This document shows, one piece after another, positions 35,529 to 47,607 of a stretch of 64,000 bases of DNA; position 1 is the stretch's first letter, and each line of letters opens with the position of its first letter. Below the pieces are notes generated by a model. The model was not told the DNA's origin. It did not search any database and was given only the letters and a program-made list of their open reading frames with translations. The position numbers and the translations under genes were made by a program. The DNA is from Squalus acanthias (lineage: Eukaryota), in contig CM059432.1 of the NCBI GenBank assembly GCA_030390025.1, positions 79,052,001-79,116,000 of the forward strand, in the 5' to 3' direction.

Positions 35529-36728
35529 CTAAACAATGCAAAAACAAAAGATATATTTATAGTTCCAAGCATCTGATCAATTTTACCACTTAAGGAAAGA
35601 AAATTGTAATAATGACTTATCTCACTATTATCTGATTACAGAATATCTGAATACATTATTGAATGCAACAACCATAATTTCATCCAAAACCAATCTTGCT
35701 TTTAAAAAAAAGTAATTTATATTTTTCATTCTTTGCATTCTCAGTCTTGATCCTATGCATGGCTCTACAAGGTTAGATTGGTAACCCAATCCCAAGCTTC
35801 ATCAAAGTTGCTCTTTAACCAACAACAAGAAACCATGCAAGAATAGTTTGAGTTACTTGTCCTGAGATTTTACCTCAAGATGTGGAAGTGCCTCACTTGA
35901 GCAACTTGGCTAAGACTGCTTCAACAACCTTAAATCAAAATTAAACTGGAAATGTGAGTCATGTTGCTTCTGTCACATTATAACTGAGGCTGTGGACAGG
36001 TGAAAAGAGCCACACCCCAGTAACATAAGAGCCACAAGATGCTAGATAGCCATTCTGACCCATAATAGCTCAATTTTCAATAGTGCAAAATAAATTCACA
36101 TTAGGTTTGTGCACAAAATGCTTTAATTGTGGGTTATAAGCTATCATAAATAATGTGTTTCTTTTGAAAATAACCAAAGCAATATAATTGTAACCTAATG
36201 TTTAACTAATATCTTTAGTTGTCAGTTCCACGGGAACAGTGTCTTCTGGTACTAAACTCCAGTGCCATTGTTTATATGCGAGCCTCGACGGTACTCGATT
36301 GCTGGATGCCACAGACGTGCATCATCAATTTTGTACCTTTACAATTTGTATTCCCGTTTCAGGCTTCAGTACATTTTGTTCTTTCCCTCCAATACAAGTG
36401 AAGCAATGTTGGCTATACTTATTACTTAATTTACAAAGTCTATGTAACTACTTGTTTTCACACAGGCTTAAAAGCAGGGGTGTTCTTATTGGCTTTTTGA
36501 GTGCTGTGTCAGCTTTTGCTTGTTTTCTAGATTCGCATGTATGCATCTATTCAAGGGATAGGTTAGGTGAGCCACTAAGGTGAGTATTATACTTTCAAAG
36601 CAATCCAAAGGCAATATTGAGATGATTGGTAAAAGTTCTCTCGAATTCATATTGACTAGCAAAGACTGACAACACCATAAAATAAATCCCTTTAATAAAG
36701 TGCGTGAAGAGGAATTTAAATCAAACTG

Positions 36729-38359
36729 AAAATGCTGGAACAACTCAGCAGGTCAGGCAGCATCTGTGGAGAGAGAAACAGAGTTAACGTTTCAAGTCGA
36801 TGACCTTTTGTCAGAACTGGAAAAAATTAGAGATGTAACAGATTTTAAGCAAGTGCAGAGGCAGGGAAAGGGGGGAGGGGAGGAGGGGAGGAAAAAACAA
36901 AAGGGAAGGTCTGTGATAGGGTGGAAGGCAGGAAAGATTAAATGACAAAAGGGGTGATGTTGCAAGGCAAAAGGAGATGGTAATGGGACAAGTAAAGAGA
37001 AATCTAGAGGAGGTGTAAATGGGAATAGCAGAATCATCAACAGTTGCTGTCTGAAAAAATGGGGGTAGAGGTTATGATCTGAAATTGCTGAACTCAATGT
37101 TGAGTCCGGAAGGTTGCCTAATCGAAAGAGGAGGTGCTGTTCCTCGAGTTTACATTGAGCTTCATTGGAACAGTGAAGGAGGCCAAGGACGAAGAGGTCA
37201 GAGTGGGAGTGGAGCGGAGAATTAAAGTGACAGACGGAAGCACGGGGTTACACTCGCAGACTGAATGGAATTGTTCCGCAAAGCGGGCAGCCAATCTGCG
37301 TTTGGTCTCCCCAATGAAGAGGAGACCGCATCGTGAGCAGCGAATACAGTATACTAAATTGCAAGAAGTACAAGTAAATCGCTGTTTCACCTGGAAGGAG
37401 TGTTTGGGGCCCTGGACAGTGGGAAGGGAGGGTGTAAAAGGGCAGGTGTTGGAAGGGGAGAGGGTGTTGGGGGCGATTGAGGAGTGGAGCAGGGTGTCAC
37501 GGAGGGAGCGGTCCCTTCAGAATGCTGAAAAGGGGATGTGAGGGGAAGATGTGTTTGGTGGTAGGATCGCGCTGGAGGTGGCGGAAATGGTGGAGGATGA
37601 TACGTTGAATGTGGAGGCTGGTGGGGTGGAAGGTGAGGACTAGGGGAACCCTATCATGATTCTGGGAGGGAGGGGAAGGGGTGAGAGCAGAAATGCGAGA
37701 AATGGAACAGACACAGTTGAGCACCCTGTCAACCACGGTGGAGGGGAATCCTCAGTTGAGGAAAAAAGACATATCAGAAGCACTGTTATGGAATGTGGCA
37801 TCATCAGAGCAGATGCGACGGAGACGGAGAAATTGGGAGAATGGAATAGAGTCCTTACAGGAAGCAGGGTGGGAGGAAGTGTAGTCAAGATACTGGTGGG
37901 AGTCAGTGGGCTTATAGTAGATGTTTGTCGATAGCCTACCCCCAAGAAATGAAGACAGAGAAGTCGAGGAAGGGAAGGGAAGAATCGGAGATGGACCATG
38001 TGAAGGTGAGGGAAGGGTGGAAATTGGAAACAAAGTTGATGAAATTTTCCATACCAGTGCTTCTTTACTTGTCCCATTACCATCTCTTTTCGACTTGCAC
38101 ATTATGCCTTTTGTCATTTAATCTCTCCTGCCTTCCAAACTATCACAGACCTTCCCCATCGTTCTTTCCTCCCTTTCCCTGCCTCTGTACTTGCTTAAAC
38201 CTGCTAAATCTCTCATTTTTTCCAGTTTTGATTAAAGGTCATCGACCTGAAACGTTAACTCTGTTTCTCTCTCCACAAATGCAGCCTGACCTGCTGAGTA
38301 TTTCCAGCATTTTCAGTTTTTATTTCAAATTTCCAGCACCCGCAGTATTTTGCTTTTGT
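36729..38359 (-). mobile_element. 5'-truncated Penelope-like element with an inverted terminal-repeat copy
   Basis: Minus-strand RT C-terminus (YKPTDSHQYLDYTSSHP) and GIY-YIG (NLVYCIRCSRCGLLFIGETKRRL). The terminal repeat at 36729-37040 has an inverted copy at ~38052-38359. The 15-bp TSD atttaaatcaaactg lies at 36714-36728 and 38360-38374. Confidence 0.93.
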
Positions 38360-38514
38360 ATTTAAATCAAACTGTTCAGCTTAACTGAAACAGAACAGTC
38401 TCGTTTTAGCATATTGCTGTTGGTTCCTTTTGTACTTTAAACAGTAACCCTAACTCTAATCAGTAAGTTGGTCTCACTTGCCCCACAAAATGGTTTCTTC
38501 ACAAATGTACATAG

Positions 38515-39728
38515 AACAACTTGTATTTATATAGCACCTTTAACACTTCACAGGAGTATTATAAGACAAAAAAATTTAAAATTTGACACCAAGCCACATA
38601 AGGAGAAATTAGGGCAGAGGTAGGTTTTAAGGAGCGTCTCCTAAAGGAGGAAAGAGAGGTAGAGAGGCGGAGAGGTTTAGGCAGGGAATTCCAGAGCTTA
38701 GGGCCTAGGCAACAGAAGCCACGGCTACCAATGGTTGAGCGATTATAATCAGGGATGCTCAAGAGGGCAGAATTAGAGGAGCGCAGATATCTCGGGGGGT
38801 TGTGGGGCTGGAGGAGATTACAGAGAAAGGGAGGGGCGAGGTCATGGAGGGATTTGAAAACAAGGATGAGAATTTTGATATCGAGGCGTTGCTTAACCGG
38901 GAGCCAATGTAGGTCAGCGAGCACAGGGGTGATGGGTGAACGGGACTTGGTGCAAATTAGGACACGGGCAGCCGAGTTTTGGATGACCTCAAGTTTACGT
39001 AGGGTAGAATATGGGAGGCCAGCCAGGAGTGCATTGGAATAGTCAAGTCTAGAGGTAACATGAATGAGGATTTCAGCAGCAGATGAGCTGAGGCAAATGC
39101 GGAGATTGGTGATGTTATGTAGGTAGAAATAGGCGATCTTAGTTATGCCACGGATATGTGGTCGGAAGCTCATTTCAGGGTCACATATGACACCAAGGTT
39201 GCGGACAGTCTGGTTCAGCCTCAAACAAATGTTAGGGAGAAGGTTGGAGTCAGTGGCTAGGGAACGGAGTTTGTGGCGGGGACCGAAAAAAATGGCTCCA
39301 ATATTTAACTGGAGAAAATTTCTGCTCATCCAGAACTGGATGTCGGACAAGCAGTCTGACAATTTAGAGACCGTGGAGGGGTCGAGAGAAGTGGTGGTGA
39401 GGTAGAGCTGGGTGTCGTCAGCGTAAATGTGGAAACTGACGCTGTGTTTTCGGATGATGTCACCAAGGGGCAACATGTAGATGAGAAATAGGAGGGGGCC
39501 AAGGATAGATCCTTGGGGGACACCAGAGGTAACGATGCGGGAGCGGGAAGAGAAGCCGTTGCAGGTGATTCTCTGGCTATGATTAGATAGATAAGAATGG
39601 AACCAGGCGAGTGCAGTCCCACCCAGCTGGACGACGGTGGAGAGGCGTTGGAGAAGGATGGAGTGGTCAACCGTGTCAAAGGCTGCAGACAAGTCAAGAA
39701 GGACGAGGAGGGATAGTTTACCTTAGCA
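38515..39728 (-). mobile_element. L2-like LINE 3' fragment with 377-aa open RT
   Basis: SAAFDTVDHSILL...[17 protein letters not shown]...YADDTQLY...SRLDYSNALLAG...LHWLPVKQR, with tail tgctatataaatacaagttgtt. Confidence 0.92.
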
Positions 39729-40064
39729 CTGTGCAATATTTTAACGGCTGCAGTTATACTACCCGTTTAGTATCCACACCATGCTTTATTGTACACAAGT
39801 GGTGGAAAAAGCCCCGTCAGTAGCAAGATCACCTACTGGAGAGGATGCTGCCCTCTATTACTAATTACTAACACATAGATTTTCACATATTGAAGACCTG
39901 TTGTTTTATATTGTAGTTATTCTATTGCAACCCGCGTGATACTGTTTTTTCAGAACGGTATTGGTGGATGGCACGAAGTTTCACCACTATTACTGATTAA
40001 CTGCAGCTGCTGGAACAATATGTAGCAATGCACTTTGGCTTAATGTATGTGTGGGTCACCGTGT

Positions 40065-41232
40065 GTTGTGATCCTGACCAACGGTTCCACCACAGACCCA
40101 ATTCACGTATGGACCGGGGTCAAGCAAGGCTGCGTCATCGCACCAACGCTCTTCTCGATCTTCCTGGCTGCAATGCTCCATCTCACCCTCAGTAAGCTCC
40201 CCGCTGGAGTGGAGCTAATTTACAGAACTAACGGGAAACTGTTCCACCTCCGTCACCTCCAGTCCAGATCCAAGGACGTCCCATCCTCTGTCGTCGAATT
40301 ACAGTATGCAGACGACGCTTGCGTCTGCGCACACTCGGAAGTCGAACTCCAAACCATCGTCAACACCTTCACCGAAGCGTACGAGAGCATGGGCCTTACA
40401 CTAAACATCCGCAAGACAACCTCTACCAACCTGCCCCCGCCACACAGTACTGCCCCCCGATTATCAAAATCCATGACAAGGCCTTGGACAACGTGGACCA
40501 CTTTCCATACCTCGGGAGCTTACTGTCAACAAGGGCAGACATCAATGACGAAGTCCAACACCGCCTTCAGTGTGCCAATGCAGCCTTCGGTCGCCTGAGG
40601 AAGAGAGTGTTTGAAGACAAGGACCTCAAACCCGGCACCAAGCTCATGGTCTACAGAGCAGTAGTGACACCCGCCCTCCTGTATGCCTCAGAGACATGGA
40701 CCATGTACAGCAGGCACCTCAAAGCACTGGAGAGGTACCACCAACGCTGCCTCTGCAAGATCCTGCAAATCCATTGGCAGGATAGGCGCACCAACGTCAG
40801 TGTTCTCGCTCAGGTCAACATCCCCAGCATCGAAGCTTTGACCACGCTCGATCAGCTCCGATGGACGGGTCACATTGTCCGCATGCCCGATACGAAACGC
40901 TTCAAGGACACCCTCAAAGCCTCCTTGAAAAAGTGCAACATCCCCACCGACACCTGGGAATCCCTGGCCCAAGACCGCACAAAGTGGAGAAGAAGCATCC
41001 GGGAAGGCGGCGAACACCTCGAGTCTCTTCGCCGGGAGCAAGCGGAAGCCAAGCGCAAGGAGCGCACGTCAACCCAAGCACCCCACCCACCCACCCCTTC
41101 AACCACCGTCTGCCCCACCTGTGACAGAGACTGTAGGTCCCGCATTGGACTCATCAGTCACCTGAGAACTCATTTTTAATATGGAAGCAAGTCATCCTCG
41201 GTCCCGAGGGACTGCCTAAGAAGACGACGACT
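40065..41232 (+). mobile_element. RTE-clade LINE 3' fragment
   Basis: GVKQGCVIAPTLFSIFL...ELQYADDA...FPYLGS...LLYASETW...QLRWTGHIVRM...CPTCDRDCRSRIGLISHLRTH, with a short 3' UTR ending gggactgcctaagaagacgacgac. Confidence 0.92.
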
Positions 41233-42496
41233 CAAGCATCCACTGGACTCCCAGGAACTTCAACATTGCCCCAACCAGATCAAGCACATGGTGAAACCTC
41301 ATGCCATCCACCAATGCTGTTCTTAAAAAAAGCAGTATCACACGGGTTACAATAGCATAACTATAATATATAACAACAGGCTTTCAATACATGAAAGTCT
41401 ATGTGACCGTCTTCTGGAAACATCCACCACTCTTCAGCTGCTTTCAACTGAAAGGTCATAAGGACATGCACATGCTATGCTCTGTGGAAAGTTCAACAGT
41501 TCAGTCCGAAAACTGCAAAGAGATGTTTGATGTGGTAAATTTCCACTATGATGCTTGGCCAGCAAACCAATTAATTTTTCTACAATCTAAATATGCTCAG
41601 CATTTATAAACTGTATGGACACCTGCATCAAGTTCCGTCAAAACAGAACAAACTGGTACTTTAGAAGGACTAGCAACTTAATTTGGACACCCTGTTTGCA
41701 CTTGATCTCAGCCTCAGTTAGAAAATTCCAAATATCTTCCAAACTGATTATATTAATTGTTCAATTTATGTAATTCAATTTTATAAACGTTAATCTGCAA
41801 AACTGAGTGTGTATGAGGCACTGTAGCTCTAATTAGCCAGTTAATCCTTTCATTGTCTTTTCGGATTTACCATGTGTTGAAAGTCTGTGCTGTTTCACTC
41901 CAAAAAAAGTGGCAATACCACCTAGTCCTACAAAGTAGTGCTGGAAAAGCTACTCTTGAACTTTCACCTCAGGGAAGAACTGCTGAAGTGCCCATTCTGT
42001 AATTCTCTTCAAATATCAACGGACTCCAACAATGCTCAAAGTACTTTTAAGGGCTGTGTACTAAACCTTGTAGAGGCCAAATTGAACCAGCTTTATCTGA
42101 ATGCCAACATTTTTCAACTAATGATATGAAATATTCAGCATTTTGTACATTAAACAGTTAGAGCAGATATGCTTTGGTTACTTGTATAAAAAGTTAACCA
42201 TATTAAGTGAAGTACATGCGGAAAAAAAAATTAGGCTACAGGGGCAAATACAAGGAGATCTAAATTTTCTTTGACTGGCCTGATTTTTCACTGTTAAAAA
42301 CTAACTTTTTACTGAGTATTACTCCAAAAATTGTAGCTATTAAACCATTACTCATGCTTAACTGATCCTATCTATCTTCAATGAAACTAACACTAGAGCT
42401 ACCACAGGTTTAATTGGGAAATGATTCAAGGAACTCCAGCAGTCACTTTCAATTCTATGTAAACATGCAAGTCTACTTTGTAGGACTAGGTGGTAT

Positions 42497-43520
42497 TGCT
42501 GTAACTAGTGAGGTACCGCAAGGATCAGTGCTTGGGCCTCAGCTATTCACAATCTACATCAATGATTTGGATGAGGGGACCAAATGTAATATATCCAAGT
42601 TTGCTGATGATACAAAGCTAGGTGGGAATGCAAGTTGTGAGGAGGATGCAAGGAGGCTTCAAGGGGATATAGACAGGCTAAGTGAGTGGGCAAGAACATG
42701 GCAAATGGAATATAATGTGGAGAAATGTGCAGTTATCCACTTTGGTAAGAAAAATAGAAAAGCAGTGTATTTTTTTAAATGGTGAGAGATTGGGAAATGA
42801 CAGTGTTCAGAGGGACCTGGATGTCCTTGTACACGAATCACTGAAAGTTATCAGGTACAGCAAGCAATTAGGAAAGCAAATGGTAAATTGGCCTTTATTA
42901 CAAGAGGATTTGAGTATAAAAGAGTAAAGACGTCTTACTGCAATTATATGGGGCCCTAGTGAGACCACACCTGGAGTATTGTGTACATTTTTGGTCTCCT
43001 TACCTAAGGAAGGAAATACTTGCCACAGAGGGAGTGCAACGAAGGTTCACCAGACTGGTTTCTGGGATGGGGGGATTGTCCTATGAGGCGAGATTGAGTA
43101 GATTAGGCCTATATTCTCTAGAGTTTAGAAGAATGAGAGGTGATCTCATTGAAACACGCAAAATTCTTACAGGGCTTGACAGAGTAGATGCAGGGAGGAT
43201 GTTTCCCCTGGCTGGGGAGTCTAGAACCAGGGGTCACAGTCTCAGAATAAGGGGTCGGCCATTTAGGACTGAGAGGAGGAGAAATTTCTTCACTCAGAGG
43301 GTGGTGAATCTTTGGAATTCTCTACCCCAGAGGGCTTGGAGGCTCATTCGTGAATATATTCAAGACAGCGATCAATATTTTTTGAATATTAAGGGAATCA
43401 AGGGATATGGGGATAGTGCAGGAAAGTGGAGATGAGGTAGAAGATCAGCCATGATCTTATTGAATGGCGGAGCAGGCTCGAAGGGCCAAATGGCCTACTC
43501 CTGCTTCTTATGTTCTTAAG
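42497..43520 (+). mobile_element. CR1 LINE 3' fragment
   Basis: VPQGSVLGPQLFTIYINDL...KFADDTKLGG...RPHLEYCVHFWSP...FFTQRVVNLWNSLP, with tail cttcttatgttctta. Confidence 0.92.
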
Positions 43521-43781
43521 TCAAGTTAAATTTTGAGTATGTTGTAGTATTAGCTGCTACTGTAAAAAAGTATAAGTGTTTGCATAGTGAGAGCTGGGTG
43601 CAGAAGGTCTTTGTATGCACTTCAAGCATAGGTTGTTGCGAGTTCTTAATATGAGAGGGTGTATTTAATGTGTGCTTGTTAATTCTTAATACCTTTAACA
43701 GAAGAACAGGAATCTGACTGAACCTTTACATATGCATAACAGAAGTTAAATTCCAATGGTAAAATACCAATGTTCCCTCTT

Positions 43782-44018
43782 GTCAGCTGTGGCTCAGTGG
43801 TAGCACTCTCACCTGAGTCAGAAGGTTGTGGGTTCAAGTTCCACTCCAGGGACTTCAGCACAAATTCTAGGCTGATACTCCAGTGCAGTACTGAAGGAGT
43901 GCTGCACTGTCAAAAGTGTTGTCTTTCGGATGAGACGTTAAACCAAGGTCTCGTCTGCCCTCTCATGTGGACATTACAGATCCCATGGCACTACTTTGAA
44001 GAAAAGCAGGGAGTTCTC
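43782..44018 (+). mobile_element. Deu-type tRNA-derived SINE, 3'-truncated
   Basis: A-box TGGCTCAGTGG, B-box GGTTCAAGTTCC, and central gtctttcggatgagacgttaaacc...gatcccatggcact. Confidence 0.82.
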
Positions 44019-44597
44019 CTTGCATTTATATAGTGCCTTTAATGTAGTAAAACGTCTCAAGGCGCTTCACAGGAGCATTATCAAACAAAATTTGTAACTG
44101 GACAACATAGGGAGATATTAGGACACATAAACAAAAGCTTAGTGAAAGTAGGAGGTTTTAAGGAGCATCGTAAAGGAGGAGAGAGAGGTAGCGAGGTGGA
44201 GAGGTTTAGGGAGAGAATTCCAGAGCTTGTGGCCTTGGCAGTTGAAGGCACGGCCACCAATGGTGGAGCGAAGGAAATCAGGGATGCTCAAGAGGCCAGA
44301 ATTGGAGGAGTGCAAGAGTTCTCGGAAGGTTGTAAGGTAGGAGGAGGTTACAGAGATAGGATGGGGTGAGGCCATAGAGGGATTTGAAAACAAGGATGAG
44401 AATTTTTTTTAAATCGAGGCGTTGCCAGACTGGGAGCCAGCGTAGGTCAGCGAGGACAAGTGTGAATGGTGAATGGGACTTGGTGCGAGTTAGGATACGG
44501 CAGCAGAGTTTTAGATGAGCTCAAGTTTATGAAGGGTGGAAGATGGGAGGCCAGCCAGGAGAGCGTTGGAATATTCAAGTCTAGAGGTAACAAAAAC
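44019..44597 (-). mobile_element. L2-like LINE 3' fragment
   Basis: Homologous to 38520-39060. Confidence 0.88.
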
Positions 44598-45868
44598 GTT
44601 CAGACAGAAATTTCAGATGATGTAAATAATGTATCATTCCAGAAGACACTATCTGATGCAAGACCAGAGTCAGGTTATTAAATATAATGGGGATTACATT
44701 TTTATTTTTCCATGGACAAAATATTTTAGCTTCATGCTAAATTACCTTTTTCAAATGAAGGTTTTTACTTCCTCTGCTGCTAGTGTAGAAAATGTTGGAG
44801 ATTGCAAAATTCTATGAAATTTTAATAAATACTAGGTGGCTGATTTCATATAATAAAATTCTTTGTTGTATAAGAAAAGACACAAAGTAATGTGCCTGGA
44901 GTAATAATGTACCATTACAGTGTAGCTATTACATGAAATGATACAAGATAACTTAGAATTTAAACTTTTCAGTATTAGCCATTTTTAAAACACAAATAGA
45001 TATTCAGAAATGTTCACGCATTTTGCTAATATAAATTCAGTAATAAAGCAAAAACAAGACCAATAATATTATTATTCAGGAAGCATTGGGACTTTTGATA
45101 GTGAAACAAAAAACCCGGAGGAAAAACTAATAACTTTGTGTACATATTTTCAAAAGGTCTCTTTTACTGCAACATTTCTACAAATTTTTGCTGTGCTATA
45201 GAAAAGTTAAATTTTACATATTCCCAATTTTCAGTACCTCTGCCATGATGTCTCCATCCCTCTCTAGTTACGTTGCAGTGACATGGACGGCTAAAATATG
45301 TCCATGTTAATGATTTCATTACCCACAAGGCTGTGCTGAATATTAAGTTGCATTAGTCACAACTTGAAAACAAATTATTTTTAAATTGTAAATTTTATAT
45401 GTAAATTATTAAATTGTTTTATTATTAATTTTCGTTTCCAAACGGTGGCTATTGCAACTTAATCAGCTGAACACGCACACATAAAGGGAATTGGCTGACT
45501 TAAGAAATTAGCTGGTCATTAATTTTCTTTGCAAAAAGGCAGATAAAAATTACAAAAGATAACATAAGCATGGCAAAGGAATGCTGCTCTGCATTTTTAA
45601 AAATAAATATACTTTGCGATACACGACTCCTTAGAGCTAGCACAGGCACAATGGGCCAAATGGACACCTTCTATGCTGTATGATTCTATGAAATCAATCA
45701 ATTTTCTCACACTGTTTTCAGCCAATATCCTTCTTCATTCTGGTAAGTATATACAATTAAAAATAACACCTACGACAAAACAATTATAAAGGAAACAAAC
45801 ACACAAAGAAATTACAACATTCTGAAAAAAAAGCTTACCCATAAAATTGGTCAATTAACATTAGAAAT

Positions 45869-46048
45869 GATGTGGAGATGCCGGTGTTGGACTGGGGTGG
45901 ACAAATGTGAGAAGTCGCACAACACCAGGTTATAGTCCAACAGCTTTATTTGAAATCACAAGCTTTCGGAGCGGTGCTCCTTCGACCTGACGAAGGAGCA
46001 CCGCTCCGAAAGCTTGTGATTTCAAATAAAGCTGTTGGACTATAACCT
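45869..46048. mobile_element. Short fold-back element (second, probably Penelope-type terminal repeat family) with an intact minimal hammerhead core
   Basis: Perfect 58-bp inverted arms at 45927-45984 and 45991-46048 with a 6-nt loop. The 14-bp flanking direct repeat taacattagaaatg lies at 45856-45869 and 46048-46061. Confidence 0.85.
45985..46018 (+). ncRNA. Candidate minimal type I hammerhead ribozyme motif
   Basis: CTGACGA (45987-45993) - A - stem II GGAGC/acc/GCTCC - GAAA (46008-46011) - GC-TT, with a palindromic AAGCTT stem III. Stem I is short because the 5' side is truncated. Confidence 0.65.
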
Positions 46049-46084
46049 AACATTAGAAATGCCTGCAAGAAATTTTCCCTACTT

Positions 46085-46676
46085 TTTTTTTTAATATTCG
46101 CTCCTGGGATGTGGGTGTCGCAGGCAAGGCCAGCATTTATTGCCCATCCCTAATTGCCCTCGAGAAGGTGGTGGTGAGCCACCTTCTTGAACCGCTGCAG
46201 TCCGTGTGGTGAAGGTACTCCCAACAGTGCTGTTAGGTAGGGAGTTCCAGGATTTTGACCCAGCGACGATGAAGGATCGGCGATATATTTCCAAGTCAGG
46301 ATGGTGTGTGACTTGGAGGGGAACTTGGAGGTGGTGGTGTTCCCATGCGCCTGCTGCCCTTGTCCTTCCAAGTGGTAGAGGTCGCGGGTTTGGGAGGTGC
46401 TGCCAAAGAAGCCTTGGCGATTTGCTGCAGTGCATCTTGTAGATGGCACACACTGCAGCCATGGTACGACGGTGGTGGAGGGAGTGAATGTTTAAGGTGG
46501 TGGATGGGGTGCCAATCAAGCGGGCTGCTTTGTCTTGGATGGTATTGAGCTTCTTGAGTGTTGTTGGAGCTGCACTCATCTAGGCAAGTGGAGAGTACTC
46601 CATCACACTCCTGACTTGTGTCTTGTAGATGGTGGAAAGGCTTTGGGAAGTCAGGAGGTGAGGCACTCGCCGCAGA
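46085..46676 (-). mobile_element. Family C LINE 3' fragment
   Basis: MSAAPTTLKKLNTIQDKAARLIG...AAVCAIYKMHCS on the minus strand, with an A-rich tail at ~46084-46092. Confidence 0.88.
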
Positions 46677-47607
46677 CCTGCTATTGTTGCCTGACCTTCA
46701 GTCCAGGGCCCGGGCTTGAATTTGGAATTGCACCTGGGCCTCGGGTGTTGGGGATTTGCAGTTGCTGCGGACAAATGCTATGTTTATGAGAATCATGGAA
46801 GTTGTAGTTTTCATCTGCTTCTGTGCAACTACAATACCTAGAGTGTTCCTTAGCAAGCAGGCAGAAAATTTACAAACAACTATTAGATGCACATAGTGGA
46901 AAAAAACATAATAAAAGACTATTTTTTCAATGTTTTATTTTGTTCAAACTATTAAATATATGATGTTGTTTGGGAGGGTACTGATGTTGGGATCAGTATT
47001 AGAGGGCATGATTGTTAGCTGCTTTGATGCTGACCTCAGATAGTTGCAGGTCAGTCAGTCAGTCAGACCTGGGCCAAGTCAAATGACTACTTGTTCACAG
47101 TCCTGGTCATTGGAGACTCGACAATGTGGTGCTACACTGACAACAACTTCAGGAAGAACTGCAAATCCACTATGAGCGAGAAAAAAAACTTTTATAATCG
47201 TATAAATAACTGAGAAAAGGAAGAAGATTTTAGTGAAGGAGAGAAGAATGAACAGATAATGTATTTGCCTCTTCAAATAAATACTGCAAATCCAACATGA
47301 GAGGTAGAGGAAAAAGTATTTTATGTAAATAACAGAAAAAAGGTTTTGGGGAGGGAAGAGCAAAGTTATTTACATCTTAAGCAAGCTTTGCAAAGTGATA
47401 GGTATAATAATTGAACTACTATTTACCCATATCAGACCTGTATTTTTCAGTATTAAGGTGCGATGTTTCACCTTGTGTCAGTCATGGGATATGGGCAAAC
47501 CACTGTCTTGTTTAGGCTCCAATGGAACGAAGGTGCATATCAGAAACAGCACTCCAGATCCCAGCCTAATCATGAGCAACAGCATGGGAGACCTACCAGT
47601 AATTAAT

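Noticed and set aside
43768..43780. caatgttccctct as a second hAT MITE
   Set aside because: It matches one TIR of the 33544 element, but no body or partner TIR follows, so it is either chance or a remnant.
45927..46048. Perfect hairpin as a miRNA gene, DNA MITE or assembly artefact
   Set aside because: The arms are asymmetric within the insertion (an extra ~58 bp on the left), it has a long 14-bp TSD and it carries a hammerhead core. This fits a retro-insertion better, although an artefact cannot be fully excluded without reads.
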